Shown: one piece after another, positions 23,393-35,848 of the stretch | Position numbering within the stretch: the first letter of the stretch is position 1 | Layout: each line of letters starts with the position of its first letter | NCBI GenBank assembly: GCA_030295235.1 | Contig: AP026125.1 | Span: 1,984,001-2,048,000, forward strand | Direction of reading: 5' to 3' | DNA length: 64,000 nucleotides | Source of the DNA: Fistulifera solaris | Taxonomy: Eukaryota | Notes under the pieces: model-generated | The model's database searches: none | What the model saw: the letters and a program-made list of their open reading frames with translations, nothing else | What the model was told of the DNA's origin: nothing | Made by a program: the position numbers and the translations under genes

Positions 23393-24154
23393 ATGCGGGC
23401 TACACTGATGACAATCTTGCTTTCCCTTCAATACAGAACGGGGCAAAGCTTTGTTCTATACTCTCATCGAGGAGGCACTGTGAAGCGATTTCTCAGCGAC
23501 TACAGCGAGGGTATTCCTACAGAAATTCAAAACGCTGTTCTAAAATCTATCTATCTAGATATGGTCAATTTCAGTCGAGAAAACGGGAACCCGAATATAC
23601 CTTTGGGAAGTAAAGAAGGTCGGCAGTGTGAGCAGCTTCGGCGTTTGGCTGTCCAAGGAAAATTAAGCGAACAAGAAATGGAGTTGCTGCAGAAAATGAA
23701 TTTTCGATTTTACAGCCTCGAACAGGTTTACGAGACTGCCGACTTTGACGAACTCTACGGTAGACTGGTCAATTACAGAAATGAAAATGACGGGGACGTT
23801 TCACCACCCAAAAAATACCACAAAGACCCAGAGTTAGGCGCATGGGTCACAGGGATTCGCCGCAAAGGCAAGGGCCACCTCGATCCGGATCATGTGAAGA
23901 AACTAGATGATATACAATTTGACTGGGTCGGTCCTCGTGGTTGCGGAAGCCAGTTCATGACGCAATATCGCGAATTGCTCCGGCGTAAGTCACAAGGCGA
24001 GGACATACTTCAGGACGAAGCAGCGCGTAAGTGGTTACGAGCTCAACAAGAAGCTGCAAAGCGAGGCACGCTGAGTGAGACTAGGCGACATTACATGGAA
24101 GCGCTTATGCAAGGAAAGGACTGGGTGACTGACAGCTTGCAGCGACAGTCCTGA
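23393..24154 (+). CDS. Helicase-associated (HA) domain protein
   Basis: HA repeat FDELYGRLVNYRNENDGD...DPELGAWVTGIRR...LDDIQFDW, plus degenerate repeats and a signal-like N-terminus. Confidence 0.75.
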   Translation: MRATLMTILLSLQYRTGQSFVLYSHRGGTVKRFLSDYSEGIPTEIQNAVLKSIYLDMVNFSRENGNPNIPLGSKEGRQCEQLRRLAVQGKLSEQEMELLQKMNFRFYSLEQVYETADFDELYGRLVNYRNENDGDVSPPKKYHKDPELGAWVTGIRRKGKGHLDPDHVKKLDDIQFDWVGPRGCGSQFMTQYRELLRRKSQGEDILQDEAARKWLRAQQEAAKRGTLSETRRHYMEALMQGKDWVTDSLQRQS

Positions 24155-25676
24155 CATCGTTTGGTGCTGGTGGAGAGAGCTACTCCGTAACTTTATTTTC
24201 ACGTCACTTTGTCATCTAATAAAACTAACTGTCGCTGGCATCTTCTTTTTGAAAATATCTTAATTCCAGTGGTTATGTATCATCATCTTAGCTTGCCACC
24301 GTGCCCATGATGGGGCAATAATACCATGCTGGTGGACCAATTGGAAATTATAAAAGTCGCGAGCGACAGTCAGACGTCGAAAGACCTCGTTTTCGCGCTT
24401 TTTGATGTCATTTTCCATGATCTTTGTCCCATCTCCATTAGTCAGCAAAGACCTTTCTTGATTGCGTTTCGCAAAGAAGTTGCTTTGTCGCTACAGACCG
24501 AATGCATTTATGGATACTTCTTTGCTAATTTGCAACTAAGAGGCGTTTCTTGACACCAAAAGAGTCGTTACTGTAGAGTTCGAGCCCTCCAAAAATGGAG
24601 GAAAATCGCCGATTGGTGAGAAAAACGATGTCGACGGAACCTCAAAGACTGCTATGAGTTTTCCTTCAATCACGCGAAATCAGTTGAGACGCTTTTCCGA
24701 CATAAAATGTCAGCTCATCGTCCATGCAGACGTCGGGCGACTGGCGACTTTTATTCAAACAAATTTTCGTTGTGTCGCAAATCATATTTTAAGCTCAAGG
24801 CGATCGATATCTGCAGTAAAAACTGTAAAGCTAACCCAGTTAGGGAAATACAGATGCGTTTGGGCATCATCTCATTGCTTATACCGACGTGTTTCCTCTT
24901 TTTCGTGATGTCGTCAGTTGCAAAAGAATGTTCGACATTTGACGCTAGATATCTGTGATTTCTCTTCCGTAAAGTATCTAATTGTTGACTAAGCGCATCA
25001 ACAATATATTTCATTTAAAGTACTGAGCTATCAGAGATGTTCCCGATCATTACGGCACTTCCGACCAAGAACTATACGACGAGGAAAAATGTGAGACAAA
25101 TTCGAGTGAACACGCCACGAGAAAAGCCATCTTGAACTCCGTTTATGTGAACTATTAAATGCTAGTCAATAGATTAAGGCATAAACAGGGTAAAACCGCA
25201 ATAGTTACGACAAAAAGTGAGAAGAAGCTGATTTCTCGCAATGGCAAAAAATCATCTAAAAAGTGACCCGTTTGGTTTTCATAGACCAGCCAGTGCGGAT
25301 GGCGTACAGTCGCTATAAAGAGCAATTGGAACTAGCAATCTGATTGGCTGGAGCAATTGGAACTATGACTCTGATTGGTCGAAGCGATAGACCATTTGGA
25401 TATCATGTCGCTGTGGTATGGAATTTTCGTAAGTAAATCCGACGACGGACGTTCCAATTGGGTCCACCAGAATGGTACGGTTGCCTGTTTTTTTTTATAA
25501 AAAATAAATAAATTAAACCTAATTACTAATTATCCATACAGTATAGTGACGAATGCGCCGTGTGTCTTGTGACGAGAGACGAGTTAGGATCGATCTTCCA
25601 TTCACGCATCTTTGCCACTCGCCACAGCTAAAAGATACAGTAAACCTTTTTTTTTTTTTAAAAAAATAAAAAGAAC

Positions 25677-25977
25677 TAGGTCTAGTGCTCGGAAACAGCG
25701 GAAAAATTTGAATCGAATATTTTTGAACCGGTTTTTGGTCGAATCGGTTTTGAAACCGTTTCGTCAAATGTCCCGCAACCACCGTAGAAATAGCCAAAAA
25801 CGTCGTCTTTCCACTTTCAATGACGCCGAATAGGGCAAAATGTACTCTTTGGATACCGCTACGATCACTCCGGTACTCGATAAAATGAAACGGTTTCAAG
25901 AAATTCCAACCAATTTCATAATTTTATGGGTAATATTCGGTTTGAAACGGTTTCGCCCCAAACCGTTCCGAGCACTA
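25677..25977. mobile_element. Non-autonomous hAT/Ds-like MITE (about 300 bp)
   Basis: Perfect 12-bp inverted repeats TAGTGCTCGGAA (25683-25694) and TTCCGAGCACTA (25966-25977). An 8-bp direct repeat AAAAGAAC lies at 25669-25676 and 25978-25985. Internal AAACGG/AAACCG motifs are present. Confidence 0.7.
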
Positions 25978-26936
25978 AAAAGAACCTGAGCCATAACGCC
26001 TTAAGCCTTAACCCTAGCTAGCTGCAAGTAAAACAACACGAAAAAATCATAAATAATACGGAGTACTCCGTACTCCGGAATCATCATGCAACCTTCAAGT
26101 TACATTTCATAATCTAATGTAGTATCTCTAAATCCAAAAGTCCTACGCCCTTCGTACGAATAAGAAAACTTTCTAAATTTTGAATGCTCGTGGAAATGTA
26201 TCTGTATATTAAATAGTAGAGGAAAGCGAGGTAGTCGTATTTGCTGTCTTGGAATTCCGTTAGGCTTATGTGAATAGAAAAATTGAAATAATACAGCATG
26301 TTTGAGAAGATCGAGTATCGACTTTTGTGTTGTCTTTTCATCGGTCATTGGTCATTGGTCATTAGTTTCTGAAATTGAACATTGATCAGTGAAACACGGA
26401 AATCATTGTAAAATATTTTGTATTCAGGGAAGTCGGAAGAAAGATACCTTGCTACTTGCTACTACCTGGTACTGTACTTAGAAGAAGGTGTTTGGTTTTA
26501 GAACGTTTGCTTTCCACATTCGAAAATCCGTCTTCCTTTATGATTTAACCAACGGCTAATCGGCTAATCTGGTTGTTTAGAAAATGGAACGAGAAGCTGT
26601 TGAGTATTTAGGAGCTGAGCTTACTGTAGGTGTCGTATGTATCATGTATCATGTGCCATCTGTTTCTGGATCAACCTTGTTTTGAAAGGAAATCATTGGA
26701 ACCATTGAAATTAGTACTCTTGGAGTATCATCGATAAATAATATTAACGGAATTCATTGCTATTTACACGACCTTTCACTTTCACGTGGAGAAGCGGAAA
26801 TAGCCACCCTTCACCGTTTCACCCCGCGAAACGAACCCGGTTCTTTTTGAGTAGTCGTTGCGAACGCTTTATTGTGAAGTTGCTGTCGTAGTTCACGGGT
26901 TTGCACCTAGCATTAGAAATAAAGCATAAAGAGACC

Positions 26937-27806
26937 ATGAACACTGCAACTAAGATCGATAACTACTTCAACGAGGCCAACACTAAGAGGCTGGGCGCTA
27001 AGAGGAATGGTGGCTCTTCTTTCGTAAACAATGCTGACGATGAAATCCTCTCAATTGCCTCTCCAAAACGAAGAAACTTTGACCTGGATATCTCACGGTC
27101 GAGTGAGCATACGTTCGACGAGCGCTGTCACAAAGCCCTTATATACACCGTTTGCTGTAGTTTTCATGATGACGAGGACGATGACGACTTTTCCGTATCC
27201 ACAAGCTGCAGTGGCTCCACAGAGTTTCAACCAGTATCACCAGTAAGAATAGGCAACCAGAAAGAAGTGCGTTTTTCAGAAACAATGACGGTCCGGGAAT
27301 TTTCAATCACTGTAGGAGATCCTGCTCTTTCCGCTGATTCGTGTCCGTTGACGCTGGACTGGGTGTTTTTAGAAAGGAAACGATGTTTGAACGAATCACC
27401 GCGAAGTAGTGCACTTCGAAGACTCAATGTTTATCAACGGCGAGAGAGAGTGGCGCAAGTGCAGGGTATAACAATAAACGAAGTCAGATCGATCGAAATT
27501 GAGCGCGTGTTAGAGCGCATGGAGGATACAATGCATCTTCAAGAATCATATTTGGAAGAACTAATAGAAGTAGAGGACGAATCAGAATCAGGTAATGAAT
27601 GGATCGAAAAACGGACACTTAATATTGATGGGATACGTGAATACAGAGATGAAACCGACCAATCATCACGAGCCAGGCTCTGGTCCGATCGCGATTGGTC
27701 GCGAGCTTTACCGGATGATAGTGAATCAGAAACATCCTCGCAATGGCTGATGAACGCATCACTAAGAGATTTGAATGTTGAGTGGAGCCAAGGCGAGGAA
27801 TGGTGA
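26937..27806 (+). CDS. Hypothetical protein (VRF..VREF..VGDP..PLTLDW motif family)
   Basis: Long ORF with an acidic/Ser-rich composition and a compact, conserved-looking motif. Confidence 0.65.
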   Translation: MNTATKIDNYFNEANTKRLGAKRNGGSSFVNNADDEILSIASPKRRNFDLDISRSSEHTFDERCHKALIYTVCCSFHDDEDDDDFSVSTSCSGSTEFQPVSPVRIGNQKEVRFSETMTVREFSITVGDPALSADSCPLTLDWVFLERKRCLNESPRSSALRRLNVYQRRERVAQVQGITINEVRSIEIERVLERMEDTMHLQESYLEELIEVEDESESGNEWIEKRTLNIDGIREYRDETDQSSRARLWSDRDWSRALPDDSESETSSQWLMNASLRDLNVEWSQGEEW

Positions 27807-28279
27807 ACGAAGCTTACCGTATGGAATGAACAAAGCGTTATTTTTTTGTTCGTTTCCATCAAAGAATAACTTTAGAATCTGCATTTCTTCGAAAGAAGTG
27901 CACTATAATACCTAGAACTATGCTAAAGTATTGCTCTTTAAACTTGCTAAAGAGACAAGAGTGCTGAGCCTGATCATCTTAGTATAACACTTGATGTCCT
28001 TCTAAAAGCAAAAAATCACAGCAATGCCGGAGTCAAAAGGCAATTAACAAGAAAATTCATTTTTAGCGTTCTTGGACAGCCAGTCAAGCCACTGTTACGT
28101 TCGCATGGACATGGATGTAAATGAGGCATACTGGTTTATCCCGTTCTTGATCGGATCAGCGACAATTCGTATTTTGCGGAAGCTGTCACCTTCCACAAAA
28201 AAAGCTCTTTTCCATAACGCCCTTTTCCTCTAATCATAACAAGAAATACTCTCTACAGATATTCCAGACCCAGACTGTG

Positions 28280-28989
28280 TTAAACGCGGCGGTCTTGAAT
28301 CTTGGTCGACCCACTCTTGCTTTCCCGTTTGTGATTGGCGTCGGCACACCTTGACGAGAAGAAAACCGTGCCAAAGATACTCGGCGATATAGGCAGGGTA
28401 CCACAGCCTGAGATCATTAACGTTGTACACATCATGGCCAACGTAGTGGAAAGAGAAAGACTGCTGGTTGTGGAAGGAGTGCAGAAGTGACCAGGCTCGC
28501 GAGCATCCATAGCTCGCAACAATTGATGAAACGGCAAACGGCCGAGACTTCATTTTCGCCAGCACCATATCGTTAACAGCGGATGTGCTACCAAATCAAA
28601 GAAATGGATAACAGCCCTAATCAGCAGCGCATACCAGGTTTGAACAACGGTATCGTTATCCATGATTATCTCGCGCAAGACGTGCGGACTGTTTTTGTAA
28701 AGCAGATGAAAAACGGTGCCATGCAGAATATGTTCGACCAAGACAGATGAATACCACCCTAGACAGACACCGGTGCCCTGAATAGCAAGAAACTGACAAA
28801 GTCTGTCATTTCGCGTGAAAAGAAGGCTAGCACACCCCAATTGAACCATAGGGTGTATCCACGGTTAAGAAACAACTCCGTCGGCATCAGCGGCAAAAGA
28901 CAAACGACCAACCATGTGGGCACGCTCCAGGATGGAGGTCCACTAGACTCTGATTCAGACTTGGCTTTACTTGCTTTATAGCGACACAT
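28280..28989 (-). CDS. Hypothetical multi-pass membrane protein (split by 2-3 indels; 3' end uncertain)
   Basis: Overlapping hydrophobic ORF pieces can be joined at the runs 28818-28821 and 28553-28556. Confidence 0.55.
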
Positions 28990-29452
28990 TTGTTCTGCTT
29001 TATTTCAAGCAGCTAGTTCGTATGGCGAATCTTGGTCATCGCGAGCAAGGAAGAAGGAAGACAAATGCGTGGGTAGATTCTGACCATGGAATTCTTTCTT
29101 GCTTTCTCATTCCACCAATACGTCACACACGCCCTAAGTATCCTTAATTGAATTACGTTGTATTTGCTTATTGTTTCGTACTTAGGCGCTTCTCTTAGGA
29201 CTCTACAATCAGATAAATACAGTAAAACTATTTAAAAGGATATTATCCGTTGAAACAATTTAAAGAGGAGGAGTCACAAGGGCAATATTTTTGGCTTTAG
29301 ATGTGGAGGTTTTAGTCGACCATCGAAATGGCTACATTCTTTCTAAAAATTTGATCGGGTGTAGTCTATCAATTAAATTCCAGTTCTTTCGTGCACGTAT
29401 GTCAACAATGAACATTGTAGCGCCAGTGGATAACGAAAGTATCTAAAAAACG

Positions 29453-30340
29453 ATGACAGAAAGACATGGAGTGAAATTTGTAATCACCCAGAAACGTTTC
29501 ATATTGTTGAGCGCCGTCATCTTGATGTTTTTCACGATTGGTCGCTCAGATGAAAATATCGGATTGTGCTGCTTATGCCAGGCGTACAACCCCGCGCACC
29601 GGATGGATTTTTTCATTGACGATCGCGGGACGACCTGCCGGAAACTTGCTCTAGAAATGGCCGATCCGACCAACGACTCTAAGCAAGGTAATGCTGTTTG
29701 CCGAGCGCTTCAGAGTCAGCACAGACGGACTTGTTGTGATCCGACCTACAATCCCGTGGAGATCCCTCAAAAACCGGTCTTGGGAGACAAGAATCCATAC
29801 TCCACCGGCAAATACAACTCGTGCGATTTATGCAGGTGAGCGTCTTGTAACTAGTATCAGCCACTATAATATCATCTCATTTCCGTTTTCTCTACAAAGT
29901 AACGGGAAATATCCTGGTAACCCCAATACTCTGGTCGCTGTGCGTAACCATCCGGACCCGGACACATGCAAAGGTAATAAGAAATAACTCTCATTGTCGC
30001 ATAAGCTTCTTTGTCGTCTCCTCACCAATTACTGCATCACAATCGCAACAATAAAGACCTTTATTGGTATGCATTGGCCGGGCGAATAGAAAATACATGG
30101 TGTAATCCCATGCGAAATTACTACGAACAACCATGCGGTTGCGTATCTGGAAGCACCTCACCACCAGGAGGAGGGAGCGGTGGTGGAGCGAACGATAGTG
30201 TATCTAGACGCTTTCTCCAGAAATTTGCCAGTTGGCTTGCGCGTTTTTTGCTTAGCTGGCTCGACATCCCAATGCGATTATTCCTTGCCTTGCTGCATAA
30301 CCCAGAGCAAGCATTCTACTTGGCACATTATGAGCTATAA
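29453..30340 (+). CDS. Cys-rich secreted or membrane-anchored hypothetical protein (introns 29836-29899, 29974-30056)
   Basis: N-terminal hydrophobic helix and two Cys modules (CCLC...C...C...CC; CDLC...C...C...CGC). Both GT-AG introns keep the frame. Confidence 0.65.
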
Positions 30341-30444
30341 ACATGCATTCGGCTAGCTTTCTTATCATAAAAACACACCGTGAATCTTCTCCACTACCCT
30401 ATCTTCATTGTTACCAATGTGTAAAAGATACCGACAGTTTATCC

Positions 30445-32267
30445 TCATTCATCTATAGGAGTAACAAACTCATCAAGCCACTCAAGCTGATCAATCGCTT
30501 GTTGCGCCCTAACGCACCATCGCTCGAGTACATCAGGAGATTCACAAGCTTCAAAACCTTGCTTTACTACACATTGCAGCTCGTCAGTGATGCCTCTCCA
30601 AACAGCCAAATCTTTGGGAGTACCGCTGTTGGCAAACTCCGAAAGCGCCTGGGCGGCTTCTACGTTCCCTTCGCAAATTTCAACCATGATCTCATCAACA
30701 GTTTGACTTTTGTGCGGCGTCAATCCAAGATTGAACAAGTTCTGCTCGGATTGCAATACCAGTCGCTGTCACTAATGTTTGTACCAAGGTTTCCGCGTTG
30801 CAGTTCGCAAGCTCACGCCAGTTGTGGATACCAGCTTTCAATAAACAAGCTGCATAATGATCCGCTTCCGATTCGGTGTTCTGATTCTCGCTTACGCACT
30901 CTTTTAGTTCGTCTAGGTCCGGGTCCGATGGTGTCGTCAGAATGTACGGGGCATTGTCTACACGAGCCGCCACGGCATTTGCGAAACGAATACTACGCGA
31001 CTGGCGTTCGAACGCTTGCAAGTTTCCCATCGCTTCTTCAACAGACTCAATGGCCTCAGCGGCTGCTTGCCAATCGTCGGTACTTGCGTCTCCGGACTGC
31101 TTTTGTCGGAGATTCTCTATGGCTTTTGCGCTTAGTTGCTCTTTCCTTCGTCGAAGAAAAGACCAGTCCAAATCTGGTTGCAAGAACTGGAGTGCCTGTC
31201 CAAGATCAAATTGTTTAGTCTCAAGAGATGAACAGTAATGGTGCGCGACGGACCAAAACACGCGTGGGGAGAGTATTGCTATGTTCTGAGGTCGCAATGC
31301 CTCTGGATTGGCGCGGTGAATTGCCGCCACGAGAGATTGCAATACCTCTTCCGAAATTCCGTCAACTTGCTCTATAAAGTTTCCTCTTCCTTGAACACCT
31401 TTAGAGAAGGTGACTTTCAACGTGTCATTCTCTAGAACCGTATTCCATTGTCCGCTGGTCAAAGCAGCGATTCGAGACACGGCCTTGTTTTTGTTCGAAA
31501 GCGTCATTGACAGCCTGACGCCATCTTGAACGCATAAGACGCGCTCCCTTGCTGTTATTACCTGTATTTAGTGCGTCAAGCAAGCCAGCGGCAGGATCAT
31601 CGGTGCTGAACTGCTGTTTGTTACTTCGTCGTGGGTGCTTGGCATCCAACACGGCACCGTCCTCCAATCTCCGCCCAGTTGTAGACGCCGCAGCAAAATG
31701 TGGATTGCGACGAGGAGTCGTCAAATTAGATTTAATTCTATTTTGATTCGTCTTTCGTGTATTGCTGGTGCTCGCTTTCGAACGTTTCGTCGAAATCTGC
31801 TCTCGTTCATCGATCAATCGATTCATTCCAGAAAAGGAAGCAGACGCCACTTGTGCGGCAGCACGTTTCGACCCTTCACGGCGCATTGGCGAAGCACTGT
31901 CGCCTTCATCTGGATCTGAAAAAGTGGCTTCTTGGCATTCATCGTCTAAATCCTTGCGCTTCTTCTCTTTCGGCTTTCCTTTCGACTTTGTTGAGCTTGC
32001 TTTAGTAGCATTCGCTCTGCTCGACTTCTGATTTGTTTCTTTCGGTAAAACCAAGATCCTATCTTGTGATTGTAATCCAGCTTCCAAAATTGTCATCTTA
32101 TCACAGCAAGGCAATTCTTTTCGCGGTAAAGCTCTCACTAATTGAACAGACGGGTTTCCCGCATGCTGATACAGTTCAGACAAGGTCGCAGACGATTGAA
32201 TTTGAATTTCCTTCCGCTTAGGACCTTCCGTCAGCAACAACTTCCACATCTTACTTGTATCAGCCAT
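30445..32267 (-). CDS. Hypothetical protein with a ubiquitin-like N-terminus and HhH-like C-terminal repeats (two indels)
   Basis: N-terminal ATLSELYQ...TILEAGLQSQDRILV and C-terminal LLKAGIHNWRELAN..VQSWIDAA. The three ORFs join at the runs 31488-31492 and 30708-30711. Confidence 0.6.
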
Positions 32268-32439
32268 AATATCAGATCCTATATAGTTATATGAATAATG
32301 CAAACAAATAAATACGGAATAATAAGGAAGACAAAGAAATAACGAACCGAAGCAAAACGGGCGATGAACTTCTCCACATTAAACCCATTAAACTGCTTCT
32401 CGAGGTAATACCTGGTAACCCCCGTCAAAATGCCACGCC

Positions 32440-32690
32440 CCCACATTTTCTGGATACGTGAAATGAGCACTCGCCCACGTTTTCTGGGCACGTGAAAAGA
32501 CACCCGCCCACATTTTCTGGAAACGTGAAAAAATGACCCGCCCACATTTTCTGGGTACGTAAAAACATCACACCCCCACATTTTCTGGACAAGTGAAAAA
32601 TGACGCTCCCACATTTTCTGGACACTTGAAAGCATAACACCCCCACATTTTCTGGTAATTTTGGAAAAACCACGTGCCCACATCTTCCGG
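32440..32690. repeat. Array of eight CCCACATTTTCTGG cores spaced 33-35 bp apart
   Basis: Cores start at 32440, 32474, 32507, 32541, 32575, 32608, 32642 and 32677. The linkers are variable but share a GTGAAA-like motif. Confidence 0.9.
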
Positions 32691-32792
32691 TAAGTGAGAT
32701 CTTATAGAAAGTCATCTGCAAAAGGAGTAAAACTAATAATATTAACAAGCTGTTGATTAGGTAAAACTGAGAACTTGGCGGCGAAACTTGAC

Positions 32793-33368
32793 TCAAGGGG
32801 ATTGATCCACCGAAGATTGGGGATTGGAGGAACGAGAACGCTTGGGTGAAGGAATGGACCACGAGACATTTCGTTTCTGACTCGTCCGACGGAGCGCGTA
32901 AAGTTGCTTCTGAAGCTGAATCATGTGTCGCTTCAGTAATCTATTCTCTTCCGCCAAGGCCTCGTTTTCCTTTCGAGCCAAGTGTAGATCGCGTCGGGAG
33001 CACAAGTAAAGAGTTTCAAAATCATTATCTTCTTCTGAATTGGATGCGATGGTTTCGGGGATCGGAATACGGATTTCGGCTACCGGCGGTGGTACAGCTT
33101 TGCTTCAAGCGAAGGGGGAGACTTGCTGCTGCTCTCTAGGTGAAACCACTTTCGCTGGCTCGGCAGGTAGCGTTGTGTTGAGAGGAGAGGAGGGAGGAGG
33201 AACTGCGTTGTCATTATCCTGCGACAATCCTTGTAGATGATGAGCAGTCAGCATCCAATCTTTCAAAACCGTTCCTTGGCTGGTCTGATTTTGCCGCAAC
33301 TGATTGACATCAGCTGTTGAGTCGTCGAATGCAGCCGGAGCGGCAATAGAATGCAAAGAGAGAGGCAT
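32793..33368 (-). CDS. Hypothetical Pro/Ser-rich protein with a C-terminal coiled coil
   Basis: Two same-frame ORFs are separated by a TGA at 33105-33107, which is removed by compensating indels in the flanking G5 and T3 runs. Heptads in ENEALAEENRLLKRHMIQLQKQL. Confidence 0.55.
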
Positions 33369-34181
33369 TTCTACGCTCAGTGAGCACCGTCGAAATATTT
33401 GTTTGTTGGGCATGCTTTCGTGTGGTGAAAGTGATTTGTGCAATGAGAGTTCAGCGATGAAGGAAAAAGATTGCTCGCGGCAACGAACAGAGCAGATGGC
33501 AATGATAGATTTGATTCTTATTATTTTGAGCGGCAACTTTTCCCTCTTCTTTTTATTTGGACATTCCTCACGATTTCAAAACCACAATCGGTGTATCCCG
33601 CCACAAATTTCGTGGCGCGAAAGCGCGGAAACGACTAAACGGATACTTTTTCATAGGCGATTGGCCGCGGCAAAGCGGAAAAAAGACCCTTGAAAAATTG
33701 CCGCCGACGAGTTCTGTGAAATTCTACAGTAACAAATTTTGAACTTACCGCTCCCTGACCAAATGAGTGCTTTCTAGCTAATAGTGAAATTATTAAGAAG
33801 TGATGGCTGATACAAAAATGTACATTTGAAAAATGTTCGAAGACAGGCATTTAGAGTGGGAGACGTGGAAAAGGAGGAAAACGGTGTGGCGGGGCCATAG
33901 TCGAAAGTCCTGTTGAGATTTTTCTATCGCGCGACGCTCCTCTTTGGCACACTTTGCATGACAGTGATGAAATTTTGGTTTTTTCGTTGCGATCTTTGAT
34001 CTTTGTCAGTAAACCTGTAAACCTCACACCTTAGTGACTAGTGACTGGGTCCCGCACACCCATGACTTCGATGACGACATGCGGAGGACGAGCGGACAGC
34101 GGACGAGAAAAATGATGCAATCTATCTTCGAACACAGCAACCAAAAAAGACCAAAAGAAAGTCATCAGAGCATTGCAAAGG

Positions 34182-35831
34182 ATGGTGTTTGTTAATGTTA
34201 TACTTCGTACTTTCCACTCAAATGGCTTATTTCGTGTTCGAGAATTTCTGAAACGTCAGTGTCCAGCTTCAGGGGAGTTACGGAAGGTTGCTCGTGCTAG
34301 CAGCGCGACGCGTCGACGCTTCTCATCCAACCACAATAACAGTCAAACAAAAACATTTGCGCTGCCATTCAGTATATCTCCGGATGAAGGGGTCGACAAA
34401 TTTCGGAAATGGGCTATCGAAGAGCAGGGCCTCAATTATCTCGTCAACTGGAATGCTTTGCGTATCGGGGCCGCGTATTGCCCAGTTTGGTCGTTTGATT
34501 TGAATATTCGATTTGTGCGGAAAGATGGCAACAAAGCATGGAAGCCGGAAATGTTTTCTATTTACGGCGATGCTCCCGTCATTTTTATTCCGGGTCTATC
34601 ATCGTACGCTGGTTATGATTATAGACGATCTTTGGTTCACCCGGTTCACAGTACAACACTCGTGTTCCGAAATCAAGATCTGGTGCCTTTCGGCGGATGG
34701 ATGTTAAAAGATATGAAGCTTAGTAACGGTTACGCTCTCTCCATCACACCGGATCCTTGGAATGCACCCAAAGGAAGGGCACTGGCCTTGTTGAAAAACG
34801 AACTTCAAATCATGGCCCAAAGTGAAGCTGAAGATGTGGAAGTGCAAGTTCAGGTCGTTTCGTCGAAGCGTGTTTACATGCCCATGTATTTCATTGACTA
34901 TAAAGTTTGGGTCGGAACAGAATACAGGGCATTTGTTTCTGGTTGTGACTCTGGTGCGCATGTTTCCGGTGTATCACATCAAGTATTGAATGTCTCGCAA
35001 GACGAATGGCAAAAAGCAAGCAGCACGATGATTTCCGGGGCCTTTTCGGCCACAAGAACTGGATTACAGCTTGCTTTACGGAATCGACAAATTGCTACCG
35101 CTTTTATCATTGCTTTACAATATGTTGGAATGTTTTTAGCTCGGGTACTGGTGCGTATTCCGGTCATCGGTATAGCTGCTGGACTATTCGTCGGATTTCG
35201 AAAGATCGTACAGCCATGGTATAACAATCAAATGGCAATGGCGGCGTGGGAGCGACAACGTGAGCTTGATGCGTCCGAGAAAACGACGAAAGGCAACGAT
35301 TTTGAGGATCTGAGCGGCGCAGCCGAAAAATTCTTGCTCGAAATCAAGCACGCATTTTGCGGCATTTGAGTGGGGATAGCGAAGGTCACCAGCGCGGGAC
35401 GTACAATTGGTATACCGAATGGGAGCAGTGGGCTCGTCAGCAGTGGGAGCAGCAACAACGACAACAGCAGCAGTATGGCTATGGTCAGCAACAATCTCGG
35501 CAACAACAAGGAAGTCAATACCGGCAAGCGAAAAAGCAAGAGTATCAATGGGACTTTGACCCGAACGACCCGTAAGTACTTTATATTGATCATTGATCAG
35601 TGTCAAGTTGAATGAGAAGGGAGGCTGACTATGTCTTTCTTCAGTTATTCGGTATTAGGAGTACACCGGGGAGCGACTAGCAGTGAAATTTCTGCTGCTT
35701 TTCGGAAACAAATGATGATCTACCATCCGGACATGCAGACGGGGGCTTCTGAGGGAGAAAGGCTACGAGCTACAGAGCGATCGAAGCTTATCACAGAAGC
35801 ATACCGAAAGTTGAAATCAGGAGCAAGATAG
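34182..35831 (+). CDS. Membrane protein with a C-terminal DnaJ (J) domain (indel near 35335; intron 35572-35644)
   Basis: The spliced C-terminus reads DPYSVLGVHRGATSSEISAAFRKQMMIYHPD...ITEAYRKL and contains the HPD motif. TM segments and a Gln-rich linker precede it. Confidence 0.8.
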
Positions 35832-35848
35832 ACTAATAGTTTAGACAT

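Noticed and set aside
26008..26017. Telomere-like TAACCCTA
   Set aside because: It is a single unit, as expected by chance.
30343..31218. 291-aa plus-strand ORF and many other short alternative-frame ORFs
   Set aside because: They are antisense or off-frame shadows of better-supported genes and show no recognisable protein features.
32440..32690. Mini-CRISPR interpretation of the 34-bp array
   Set aside because: The core is only 14 bp and not palindromic, the linkers are mutually related, and no cas genes are present.
33105..33107. In-frame TGA as selenocysteine or readthrough
   Set aside because: It lies in a low-complexity region between two homopolymer runs, and compensating indels there give a clean SPSLEAKAV reading. 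There is no redox motif.
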